DNA from: Caldisericota bacterium
Lineage (GTDB): Bacteria > CG03 > B21-G15
Reading direction: 5' to 3'
Length of the DNA: 33,051 bases
Assembly (NCBI GenBank): GCA_003650255.1
Contig: QMOP01000001.1
Location: 1 to 33,051 of the forward strand
A program made the position numbers and the translations under genes. Below the pieces are notes generated by a model, which searched no databases, was not told the origin of the DNA, and saw nothing but the letters and a program-made list of their open reading frames with translations. Below are positions 10,416 through 18,448 of this stretch, one piece after another. Within the stretch, counting starts at the first letter, position 1. Each line of letters begins with the position of its first letter.

Positions 10416-11051
10416 ATGAAATATTTGTTTTTTGCTTTATTAATTCTGTCTTCTTGTGGGAAGAATATAGAGGAGAGGTTAAAGGATCCAGCAAATGATC
10501 CACTGTTTTATAAAGGAGACTATAGTGGAGTATTTATGATATATGAGGATGAATTAAAAACAGGTGGCGGAATGATGTTTTATGCTTCTCCTGATAATCA
10601 GGAACTTGATTTCTTTTATTCAGATGATGGAAATAAGGTTATAAGATATTACTGGAATGGTGGAGAAGTGTTTGATTACAATTCAGAAAGTTATCAGCAT
10701 AACTGGTGTGGTTTTGGATTGATAGTTGGCCATAGCTGGGAAGAGGCTGAAGAGGTTTCAATGGATTTTTCTGGTATTGGTTATTCTAAGTTGAAGTTTA
10801 AAGTTAAGGGTTATCTTTCTCAAAATACTGTTTTGAAAATCGAAGGACCTAAGAAAGCCGGATCATCAGAAGTTGCAGATTACATTGAACTGGATTCCAG
10901 CGACATTTCATATTCGTGGAAGGAATTTTCACTTCCTATTTCATCTTCTTCTTTAAAGGATTTCAATATTTATGTGGGGATAATCTTTGAGGCAACAGAA
11001 AAAGGGAGTGGTGGGGAGGTTTTTATTGACTCCCTGAGATTTGAAAGATAG
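10416..11051 (+). CDS. Lipoprotein with CBM-like beta-sandwich domain
   Basis: Lipobox LILSSCGK. The C-terminal pattern (SKLKFKVKG, YSWKEFSLPI, VFIDSLRFE) is shared with four other proteins in the window. Confidence 0.5.
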   Translation: MKYLFFALLILSSCGKNIEERLKDPANDPLFYKGDYSGVFMIYEDELKTGGGMMFYASPDNQELDFFYSDDGNKVIRYYWNGGEVFDYNSESYQHNWCGFGLIVGHSWEEAEEVSMDFSGIGYSKLKFKVKGYLSQNTVLKIEGPKKAGSSEVADYIELDSSDISYSWKEFSLPISSSSLKDFNIYVGIIFEATEKGSGGEVFIDSLRFER

Positions 11052-12379
11052 TGCCAAGGATTTTCATTGTTGATCAGGAAGGAAAAGATTTAGGAGAATT
11101 CCTGAGAAGTAAAGGATATGATACTCTGGTGTTTTACAGAGGAAAAGAGGCTATAGAAGAAATAAAAAAAAGAAAACCTGATGTCATTATTTTGGAACTC
11201 AGATTACCTGATGGAGATGGGTTTACCTTTTTAAATGAACTTGAAAAAATTGGGATTACAATTCCGGTGATTGTCATCACATGGGTTGATAAGAAAATTG
11301 CAGGCTATACACTTTCAAAGATGGGTGCATTTGCTTACTTTAATAAGCCTGTTGATAGGGAATTGGTTTTAAAGAGAGTAGAATATATTTTAAGATTTAA
11401 GGATATATTTGAAAAGGGAAAGGTTAGTAGAGTTCCTCCATTAAAAAGTATAAGTGGTCCGTGGAAAGGGAAAATAGAGGAGATTCTTAAAGAGGTGAAA
11501 AGTATTAAAATAAATGAAATAAAAAAAGCTATTAAAGATGGCAATCCAAGACGAGCTCTTGAAATTTTACATTTTCTAAAAAGTTTTGTTGAAAAAGAAG
11601 AATTAGAGTTTTTCTACAGGTCGGTTATCTGGGAAGAACAAAAAGTTCCTTATGAAGAAGAAAGGAGAGATAATGTAACAGAATTAATTAATGAAGCATG
11701 GAAGTGCTACCTTTCTTCTGATTTTGATTCAGCACTTTCAAAAGTTAAAGAACTTCTTTTAAATGAGGAAGGAGTGGAAAGTATAAGAATAATAAACGGA
11801 ATTCTATCTAGGGAAGGTATAGAAATTGAAAAAGTGGAGGGAATGAAGGTAAAAGAGAAACCCAACTTATTTTCTTATATTTCATATTTTTCTATTTTAA
11901 CTGGGGTTTTCTTTTCAACATTTTTATTTTCTATTTTAGGAGTAATTTTTGGTTTTGTGGGTAGAGTTAAAGGTAATAAAAAGTTCGGAACCTATGGAAT
12001 GGTAATGGGGGGTTTTCTTTTTATTTCCTTTCTTTTTGGATCAAAACCCATTTCATACTATTTTAAAAAAAGGAGGATTTCTGCTGGTTTCAGTTTTTAT
12101 CTTTATCCGGACTCATTCAAATTAGGCAGAGGAAGTATAACCATAAGATATAAATTACCAAAAAAAGCAAAGGTAACAATTCTACTGCTGGATGAGGAGA
12201 AAAAATTTGTGAGGGAGATGGAGGATGGTTATTTTGAGAAAGGAGAGTATACAATTGAGTGGGATGGTTATGATGGAAGGGGTGGTTATGTTTCACCTGG
12301 TATTTACTATTTACAAACAACAATTCTAATGGATAAAGAGGTAAGGGAGAGATTCTGGAGAGTAAATGTTAAAGATTAA
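11051..12379 (+). CDS. Receiver-domain (pseudo-receiver, Glu at phospho-acceptor position) membrane protein with C-terminal FlgD-Ig/T9SS-CTD-like domain
   Basis: GTG start overlaps the upstream TAG by 1 nt. REC fold motifs are IFIVDQE, PDVIILELRLPDGDG (codon GAA at 11195-11197 where Asp is expected), VIVITW and FNKP. A hydrophobic TM block lies around aa 273-330. The C-terminus contains GEYTIEWDGYDGRGGYVSPGIYYLQ. Confidence 0.7.
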   Translation: MPRIFIVDQEGKDLGEFLRSKGYDTLVFYRGKEAIEEIKKRKPDVIILELRLPDGDGFTFLNELEKIGITIPVIVITWVDKKIAGYTLSKMGAFAYFNKPVDRELVLKRVEYILRFKDIFEKGKVSRVPPLKSISGPWKGKIEEILKEVKSIKINEIKKAIKDGNPRRALEILHFLKSFVEKEELEFFYRSVIWEEQKVPYEEERRDNVTELINEAWKCYLSSDFDSALSKVKELLLNEEGVESIRIINGILSREGIEIEKVEGMKVKEKPNLFSYISYFSILTGVFFSTFLFSILGVIFGFVGRVKGNKKFGTYGMVMGGFLFISFLFGSKPISYYFKKRRISAGFSFYLYPDSFKLGRGSITIRYKLPKKAKVTILLLDEEKKFVREMEDGYFEKGEYTIEWDGYDGRGGYVSPGIYYLQTTILMDKEVRERFWRVNVKD

Positions 12380-12917
12380 AGGGTTTACTTTAATAGAACT
12401 TATGCTTGTTGTTGCAATAATTGGAATACTTGCAATGGTGTCTATTCCCCGATATGCTGATTTAATAAGAAAGTCATGGGAAGCAAGAACAAAAGGGAAT
12501 CTTGGAATTTTAAGAAGTGCGGTAACGATTTACTATGGAGATAATGAAGGAAGGTGGCCCCAACCACGAGATCCTGATAACGGAGACAGTATTTATGGAC
12601 ATGTTGATCTTGCGAGTGTTCTTGTGGATAAATATATTGATGCAATTCCTCCTGGAAGACACTGGTGTGAGGAGATTAAAGAAAATGGAGGAACTGGAAG
12701 GTGGGGTGAGAACTGTCTTGTAAGAAGCTATCCTCCTGATCAGGAAACAGGCTGGGGATGCTGGGTTGGTTTTGTTGATGATGCGGGAACTTTAAAGGGA
12801 GAGGTTGGTTGGAGTTATTGTCCTGATACAGGAAAAGTTTATCTTCATTGCAGGGATAACTGGAGTTCAAATCCTGGAGCATATGATTTACAGGGCACAC
12901 CATACTGTGATTGGTAG
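12366..12917 (+). CDS. Type IV pilin / T2SS pseudopilin-like protein (prepilin N-terminal cleavage/methylation domain)
   Basis: MLKIKG|FTLIELMLVVAIIGILA is a class III signal peptide with Gly-1, Phe+1 and Glu+5. The globular C-terminal domain carries 6 Cys. Confidence 0.85.
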   Translation: MLKIKGFTLIELMLVVAIIGILAMVSIPRYADLIRKSWEARTKGNLGILRSAVTIYYGDNEGRWPQPRDPDNGDSIYGHVDLASVLVDKYIDAIPPGRHWCEEIKENGGTGRWGENCLVRSYPPDQETGWGCWVGFVDDAGTLKGEVGWSYCPDTGKVYLHCRDNWSSNPGAYDLQGTPYCDW

Positions 12918-12926
12918 GAGGTTGTC

Positions 12927-13394
12927 ATGAAAAGGTTTTCAATTGTTTTAACTTTTATTTTGACAGGTTCTCTCCTTTTCTCTGGAAATTTATCTCTGAA
13001 ATTAGGTAGGGAAACTCCTGGAGGTTCTGCTCTTAAATCTTTTATTCTTCCTGGATGGGGACAGTTTGCAAATGGTGAAAAAAAGAAGGGATATCTCTTC
13101 GGTGGTATGACAGCAACATTTTTGACTCTTTCATATTATTTTCATCAACAGGCGGATAAGAAGTATGAGGAGTATGAAAAGAGAGGTTTAAAAAATGATC
13201 CACTTTATGATGAATATAAATCCTATTTTAATACAGGAAACTTTTTTTTATACACAGCAATTATTGTATGGGGTTATAATGTTTATGATGCTTACAGAAA
13301 TGCCAAGAAAAAATTTTCTTATTTTTATGAAGAAGAGAGAGATTATTTTATTGTATTTACTCCAGATAGATTGAATTTCTATATCAGATTTTAA
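12927..13394 (+). CDS. Small membrane protein with PGWGQ motif (DUF5683-like?)
   Basis: N-terminal signal or TM segment, the motif ILPGWGQFANGEKKKGYLFGG, and two further hydrophobic segments. The family call comes from motif memory only. Confidence 0.4.
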   Translation: MKRFSIVLTFILTGSLLFSGNLSLKLGRETPGGSALKSFILPGWGQFANGEKKKGYLFGGMTATFLTLSYYFHQQADKKYEEYEKRGLKNDPLYDEYKSYFNTGNFFLYTAIIVWGYNVYDAYRNAKKKFSYFYEEERDYFIVFTPDRLNFYIRF

Positions 13395-13403
13395 GGAGGG
13401 AGT

Positions 13404-14285
13404 ATGAGGTATTTGGTTTATTGTGTTTTGATTTTTTTGGTTTCCTCCTGTAGTAAAAAGAATAAACTTCTTGAGAATACTCTTGAGATAATAATTTCTC
13501 CATCATCAGTTTCCATTTCTACCGGAACAAGTATAGAACTTACAGCAACAGGAAAAAGTGCAAAAAGTGATAATGTTGATATTGATCCTGTGTGGTCTGT
13601 TACAAACAATCTTGGAACCTTTACACCTGATAAGGGAAAAAAGGTCATATTTACTGCTGGAAATTCTGCTGGAAGTGGTGTGATAAGAGCTACTGAAGAG
13701 GATGTTTATTCGGAAATACCGCTTACTGTTAAAGCCGGTACAGGTGGAGGAGGAACTGGAGGAGGTAGTGTTGTTTTTTATAGTGATTCTGGATTAAATT
13801 CTGATTTTGGAACTCCTGACATTTTTACTTGGGCAGAAAATAATGACATATCTGCTCAAGAGATAACAGATGGAAATGGTCCATCAGGGGATTCTTCCAG
13901 TTATCAGAGTTTTTCTTCGAATTCCTCTACTTGGTTTGGGGGTGGTATAGTTCTTAATAAAGTTAGCGGAAATGCTTCAGCTGTTGACTTATCTGCTTAT
14001 TCTTCAGGGAACTCACTTAAATTTTATATAAAACTTACTAGACAGCTTTCTGGTTCTGAACAGATTAAGGTGGAGATAGAGTATGGTTCGGGTTCAAAGT
14101 CAACATTGTATCTTTCCTCTTCCTATGGATTTGACAGCACAAGCACAAACTGGCAGGAAATAACGATACCCCTTACAGATTTTACAGGGGTGGATTTCAG
14201 TTCAATTAAGCTTCCATTTGAGATTACAGCAGAAAATATAACTTCTTCTTTAACTTTTTACTGGGATTATGTAAGATGGGAATAA
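13404..14285 (+). CDS. Lipoprotein: Big_2 (bacterial Ig-like) domain + Gly-rich linker + CBM-like beta-sandwich
   Basis: Lipobox LVSSCSK. Big_2-like pattern IIISPSSVSISTGTSIELTATG...WSVTNNLGTF...GVIRAT. Linker GTGGGGTGGG. The C-terminal domain has WFGGGIV, SLKFYIK, WQEITIPLTDF and FYWDYVRWE. Confidence 0.6.
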   Translation: MRYLVYCVLIFLVSSCSKKNKLLENTLEIIISPSSVSISTGTSIELTATGKSAKSDNVDIDPVWSVTNNLGTFTPDKGKKVIFTAGNSAGSGVIRATEEDVYSEIPLTVKAGTGGGGTGGGSVVFYSDSGLNSDFGTPDIFTWAENNDISAQEITDGNGPSGDSSSYQSFSSNSSTWFGGGIVLNKVSGNASAVDLSAYSSGNSLKFYIKLTRQLSGSEQIKVEIEYGSGSKSTLYLSSSYGFDSTSTNWQEITIPLTDFTGVDFSSIKLPFEITAENITSSLTFYWDYVRWE

Positions 14286-14291
14286 TAAAGA

Positions 14292-15617
14292 GTGTTTGCA
14301 ATTTTGTTTTTATTACTTCTCTCCTCTGAAAGTTTCTTAGTAAAAAATAGAGGAGTGTATCTTGGTGGAAAAACTTTTATTGTAAGAGGGATATGTTATT
14401 CACCAACTCCTGTTGGTGAGGATGTTTCTCTGGGTTATGAATGGTGGAATGACGATTATTATCTTGATGATTTACCCCTTTTAAAATCTCTTGGTTGTAA
14501 TGTGATAAGAACATACGACATGAAGGCAACCTCTTCAGATGAAGAGGTGCGGTTGGAGAAGGTTCTTGATGATTTTTATAACTATGGAATATATATAATT
14601 ATGGGATATTGGGTAAATCCGGGACAGGATTTTTCCTCTCCAACTATAAGGGATAGTTTGAAAAATGATTTCATAAATATGGTAGAAAAATGGAAAAATC
14701 ATCCAGCAGTTTTTGGATGGTGTTTTGGAAATGAAGTCTGGCCTGGCGGAAGTGGAACGGATGAGGAGAAATGGAAAAGTTGGTATTCACTTGTTGAAGA
14801 GGTTTCATCTTTAACTAAATCCATTGACCCTGACCATCCGGTGATGACAGTAAACAGTGATATATGGACGATTGGAAGAACAGAGTTGGGTTCTGATGAT
14901 TCATCCCTTCCTTCACTTGATATATGGGGAGTTAATCTATATCTTGGAGATTCATTCCAGAGTAGATTTTCGTCGTTTACTGTTCTTTCTTCAAAGCCAT
15001 TTTTAATAACTGAGTTTGGCTGTGATGCTTGGAATGGGAAAGTTGGTTCTGAAGATGAGGATTTGCAGGCCAATTATATTCAAGCACAGTGGAAGGAAAT
15101 AGAGGAGAATCTTTTTACAGAGTCTGGAGCAGTTATAGGAGGCTGTCTGTTTGAGTGGGTGGATGAGTGGTGGAAAAGTAATTCAGGAAGCCCGTCATCT
15201 CATGATACATCTAGCGATTGGACTAATGTTTATTATTCTGATCCAAGCATGAATGAGGAGTGGTGGGGAATAAGGAAGATACTCTTACCTCCATACAATT
15301 GTAGTTCTAGAGAAGCATATTTTACTCTTCAAAATTTATGGAGTAAATATGTGTTAAGTTCTGAAAAAGTTTATGTTTTTCCCAACCCTTTTTACCCGGG
15401 AAGAGGACAGAAGTTGAGTTTTGGAAATCTACCAGTTAATTCCGAAAAGATAAGAATCTTTGCTATCAGTGGAGAGTTCATTGATGAGATTTCGGTTATT
15501 AACCAGCAGGCAAACTGGTATGGAGAAAATTATTATGGAAAGCCTGCCGCATCAGGAGTTTACTTTTTTGTTGTTTATCCAGCTGGACAGAAAGGTAAAT
15601 TCGTTCTTATAAAATAA
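14292..15617 (+). CDS. Secreted clan GH-A glycoside hydrolase/transglycosylase with GH72-like motifs and a T9SS-type C-terminal sorting (FlgD-Ig-like) domain
   Basis: GTG start with a signal peptide. Motifs GKTFIVRGICYSPTPVG, LKSLGCNVIRTYD, GIYIIMGY, WCFGNEVW, LITEFGCDAW and FEWVDEWWK. The C-terminal ~80 aa (VYVFPNPFYPG...IRIFAISGEFI...ASGVYFFVV...GKFVLIK) look like TIGR04183-type CTDs. Confidence 0.6.
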   Translation: MFAILFLLLLSSESFLVKNRGVYLGGKTFIVRGICYSPTPVGEDVSLGYEWWNDDYYLDDLPLLKSLGCNVIRTYDMKATSSDEEVRLEKVLDDFYNYGIYIIMGYWVNPGQDFSSPTIRDSLKNDFINMVEKWKNHPAVFGWCFGNEVWPGGSGTDEEKWKSWYSLVEEVSSLTKSIDPDHPVMTVNSDIWTIGRTELGSDDSSLPSLDIWGVNLYLGDSFQSRFSSFTVLSSKPFLITEFGCDAWNGKVGSEDEDLQANYIQAQWKEIEENLFTESGAVIGGCLFEWVDEWWKSNSGSPSSHDTSSDWTNVYYSDPSMNEEWWGIRKILLPPYNCSSREAYFTLQNLWSKYVLSSEKVYVFPNPFYPGRGQKLSFGNLPVNSEKIRIFAISGEFIDEISVINQQANWYGENYYGKPAASGVYFFVVYPAGQKGKFVLIK

Positions 15618-15650
15618 CAATTTTATACATAAACAGAACAAAAATTTACA

Positions 15651-15679
15651 TTGACTTTACAGATTTTGAAAATTAATAT
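15651..15679 (+). promoter_or_regulatory. Candidate sigma70-type promoter (TTGACT - 17 nt - TAATAT)
   Basis: Located in the only sizeable gap of the 5' half (15618-15704). TTGACT at 15651-15656 and TAATAT at 15674-15679. An AGGGAG RBS at 15691-15696 precedes the TTG start at 15705. Confidence 0.45.
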
Positions 15680-15704
15680 AATATTTTAACAGGGAGCGGA
15701 GAAA

Positions 15705-16925
15705 TTGAAAAGGCGAAAAATAACTTTCCTTCTTCCTTCAATTGCCGGCTTTTATACAAAGGATGTAATAGAAGAAGAAATAAAGATTTTTAGAAGAAAA
15801 AAGCCTGATATAAGTGTAGAGGTTCACATACTTTCTTGGACCAAACTGTGGAGTATGTTGGTTGATATAATGAAAAGAAGAAAAACAATCCCCTCTCCAG
15901 ATATAATTGCTATAGGAAATACATGGCTTGGAACAGCTTTGTATTTTGAATTACTTATTGATATTTCCAAATTTACCTCGTTTTTTTCTGAGAAGGTTTT
16001 TTTGCCAAAGCTTGTTAAGAATAAAATAGTGCTTAAATATTCGGTCCCATGGATTTCAGACATAAGGGTTTTATATTATAGAAAAGATATTCTTCAAAAG
16101 ATTAATGTTGATGAGTCTGAAATTAAAACAATAGATGGGTTTGTCAAATCCTGTGAGAAGATAAAAAAAGAGATTAAGGATATTTATCCATTTGCTATTT
16201 CTGGACAGAAAGAGGAGATTTTAATCCACGATTTATTTCCCTGGCTTTATATAGCAGGTAATTTTTATAGAAGGGTGGGGAACAAAATAAGATTTTTCTC
16301 AGAAAAGGTGTATGAGGGAATGAGGTTTTATTTTGCCCTTGTCAGAGACTATTATATTCCCTATCGTTTGAAGCTGAAAGTGGCGCCTCCAGGAAATTTT
16401 TTTACAGGAGATTATGCATTTCAAGTTTCTGGTACCTATCCTAAAAAGAGTATATTCAATAAAAAACACTCTGAATACAGAGAGAATGTTGCTAAAAATT
16501 TTGGAGTTTCTTTTCTCCCTTCAACTAATGGAAAAACACCAGTTACATATATAGGAGGAATAAATCTTGTAGTTCCATATACTGCAAAAGATGTTTCCTC
16601 ATCTCTTGAATTTATAAAATTCCTTATCTCTCCAGAGTCTCAGCTTAGATGTGTTTCTTCTCTTAGCATGCTACCTGCCAGAGTTGATTGTTTTGAGAAG
16701 TTCTTTACTGAAAATGAAGGAGAGATAAAGAAGGTATTTTTGGAATCTTCAAAAAAGGGAAAGACCTTAAGTTGCGTCCCGCTTCTTGGGACAATTGAAA
16801 AGATGGTTTCATATTTTACCACTTCTATTTTTAGGTTAATGCTTGAAAGAAAATATAATGAGGAAATACTCAGAAAGAAGGTAATTCAGCTTATAGAGGA
16901 GATAGATTTTATAGAAAGATGGTAG
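15705..16925 (+). CDS. Family-1 solute-binding-protein-like protein without a recognisable signal peptide or lipobox (candidate cytoplasmic ligand sensor)
   Basis: TTG start. 406 aa with SBP-like layout (KITFLLP as first strand, GNTWLG, ISDIRVLYYRKD, GGINLVVP). By eye it aligns from residue ~6 onto the mature part of the 2486 SBP. 7-nt overlap with the GGDEF gene. Confidence 0.55.
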   Translation: MKRRKITFLLPSIAGFYTKDVIEEEIKIFRRKKPDISVEVHILSWTKLWSMLVDIMKRRKTIPSPDIIAIGNTWLGTALYFELLIDISKFTSFFSEKVFLPKLVKNKIVLKYSVPWISDIRVLYYRKDILQKINVDESEIKTIDGFVKSCEKIKKEIKDIYPFAISGQKEEILIHDLFPWLYIAGNFYRRVGNKIRFFSEKVYEGMRFYFALVRDYYIPYRLKLKVAPPGNFFTGDYAFQVSGTYPKKSIFNKKHSEYRENVAKNFGVSFLPSTNGKTPVTYIGGINLVVPYTAKDVSSSLEFIKFLISPESQLRCVSSLSMLPARVDCFEKFFTENEGEIKKVFLESSKKGKTLSCVPLLGTIEKMVSYFTTSIFRLMLERKYNEEILRKKVIQLIEEIDFIERW

Positions 16926-18358
16926 AAGAAGTAATTTCTAAATTTTTGAAAGAACTTGAGAGAAATTTTTATTCTCTTGAGAGACTTACAGAAGTATCTC
17001 TTGAATTTCTACAGAGAGTATCTGGAAGTAGGACTGTTGGAATTTTTCTTTCATCCCCTGAAGAAAGGAATGTCTGGAGGATGAAGAAAATAATTCATTT
17101 AGGGAAATTTGTCGAAGGAGAAGAGGAGATAGATTTGAGAGAAGGAGTTAACAGGCAGTTATTAAAACTGAAAAGGAGAGAAAAAAAGTATTTTATCAAG
17201 AGTTATAAAGATAGCTTTTATCTTTACTTTCCTCTTGGTGATGGGGAAGTTATAGGCTGTTTAAGATTTGTAGATGACAGGAAGAGGAGGAAGGGTATCT
17301 TTTCAAAATTATCAGAGATAGAAGTGCTTGCATATATTATAGCGAGTTATATGAATAAGCTATTTTTGTGGGAAGAAGCACAGGTAAGAAGTAGAATGCT
17401 TGGTAGTTTTATGAAGCTTTCAACAATTCTTACTAAGGAAAAGTATTTAAGAGGAATTTTAAGAGAGATAATATATGAACTTGAAGAAAGTTTCAGATTT
17501 GATTTCATAAGAGCATATTTCATAGATAAGGAGGAAAGGAGTATTTTCGGTTTTATAGGTATTAACTGGAAGAGGGAGATTCAGGATATTTCCCATTTAA
17601 AAATTTTTCTTGATGAAGAGGAGAACAGGCTTTCAGAGTATGTTAAGTCGGGAAGTGAATTTAAGATTTATGATGAAGGATGTTCATTATACTTATCACT
17701 TAAGAGTAAAGGTGAAATTTTTGGCATATTAGAAGTGAGTAATATATACTCTCAGGAGAGAATAGATGAAGGAACTATTAATTTCCTGAAGTCATTTTTG
17801 AATCACATTAATTTTGCCATTGAAAAAGCCACTCTTTTCGAAGAGATAGAGAGATTATCCTTAAAGGATGGATTAACAGGGCTTTATAACATAAGGTATT
17901 TTAAAGAGAGAGTTAAAGAGGAAATAGAAAGGTCAAGAAGAAACAATCTCTGTTTCAGTATGGTTATGATTGATCTGGATAATTTTAAGAAGATAAATGA
18001 CAGTTTTGGACACAGTACAGGGGATAAAGTTTTAAAGTTTTTTTCAGAAGAGTTGCAGAAAAATATGAGAAAAAGTGATGTCATTTGTAGATATGGCGGA
18101 GATGAGTTTTTAGTGCTTTTACCGAGAGTGAATATTGGAAAAAGCAATTTCATGAAAGAAAGGATAAGAAAGGTTTTATGTAAAGAGATAAGGATAGGTA
18201 ATTTGAAAGTAAGTATTTCAGCCAGTATAGGAGGAGTGGTTTTTCCATTTGATGGGGATACAGTTGAGAAGCTTTTTGAGAGAGCAGACCATGTTTTATA
18301 TAAAGTTAAGAGGAAAGGGAAAATGGATTTTAGGTTATTTAGTGAAGATGCAAGATAA
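16919..18358 (+). CDS. Soluble GAF-domain diguanylate cyclase (GGDEF) with intact I-site
   Basis: The C-terminal GGDEF domain has DGLTGLYNIRYF and IDLDNFKKINDSFGH, with an active site RYGGDEF (GGDEF codons at 18095-18109). RKSD (18068-18079) lies 5 residues upstream, matching the RxxD inhibitory site. The N-terminal ~300 aa are GAF-like, and there is no TM segment. Confidence 0.9.
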   Translation: MVEEVISKFLKELERNFYSLERLTEVSLEFLQRVSGSRTVGIFLSSPEERNVWRMKKIIHLGKFVEGEEEIDLREGVNRQLLKLKRREKKYFIKSYKDSFYLYFPLGDGEVIGCLRFVDDRKRRKGIFSKLSEIEVLAYIIASYMNKLFLWEEAQVRSRMLGSFMKLSTILTKEKYLRGILREIIYELEESFRFDFIRAYFIDKEERSIFGFIGINWKREIQDISHLKIFLDEEENRLSEYVKSGSEFKIYDEGCSLYLSLKSKGEIFGILEVSNIYSQERIDEGTINFLKSFLNHINFAIEKATLFEEIERLSLKDGLTGLYNIRYFKERVKEEIERSRRNNLCFSMVMIDLDNFKKINDSFGHSTGDKVLKFFSEELQKNMRKSDVICRYGGDEFLVLLPRVNIGKSNFMKERIRKVLCKEIRIGNLKVSISASIGGVVFPFDGDTVEKLFERADHVLYKVKRKGKMDFRLFSEDAR

Positions 18359-18384
18359 TACAAAAAATAAGCAATTGAATACAT

Positions 18385-18413
18385 TTACATATCTGAAGAA
18401 AACTTTTTATAAT
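18385..18413 (+). promoter_or_regulatory. Candidate sigma70-type promoter (TTACAT - 17 nt - TATAAT)
   Basis: Located in the 18359-18439 gap. TTACAT at 18385-18390, an exact 17-nt spacer, and TATAAT at 18408-18413. A GAGGAGG RBS lies at 18434-18440. Confidence 0.5.
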
Positions 18414-18448
18414 TTTACTGATAGGAATTTAACGAGGAGGTGATGAAG

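Noticed and set aside
13738-13775. G-rich tract (GGTGGAGGAGGAACTGGAGGAGGT), considered as a possible structured RNA or G-quadruplex.
   Set aside because: It is in frame and encodes a GTGGGGTGGG inter-domain linker between the Big_2 and CBM-like domains. There is no flanking RNA-like pairing.
15618-15650. Intrinsic terminators after 15617, 18358, 21165 and 28742.
   Set aside because: I found no GC-rich hairpin followed by a U-tract in any of these gaps, so no terminator is reported.
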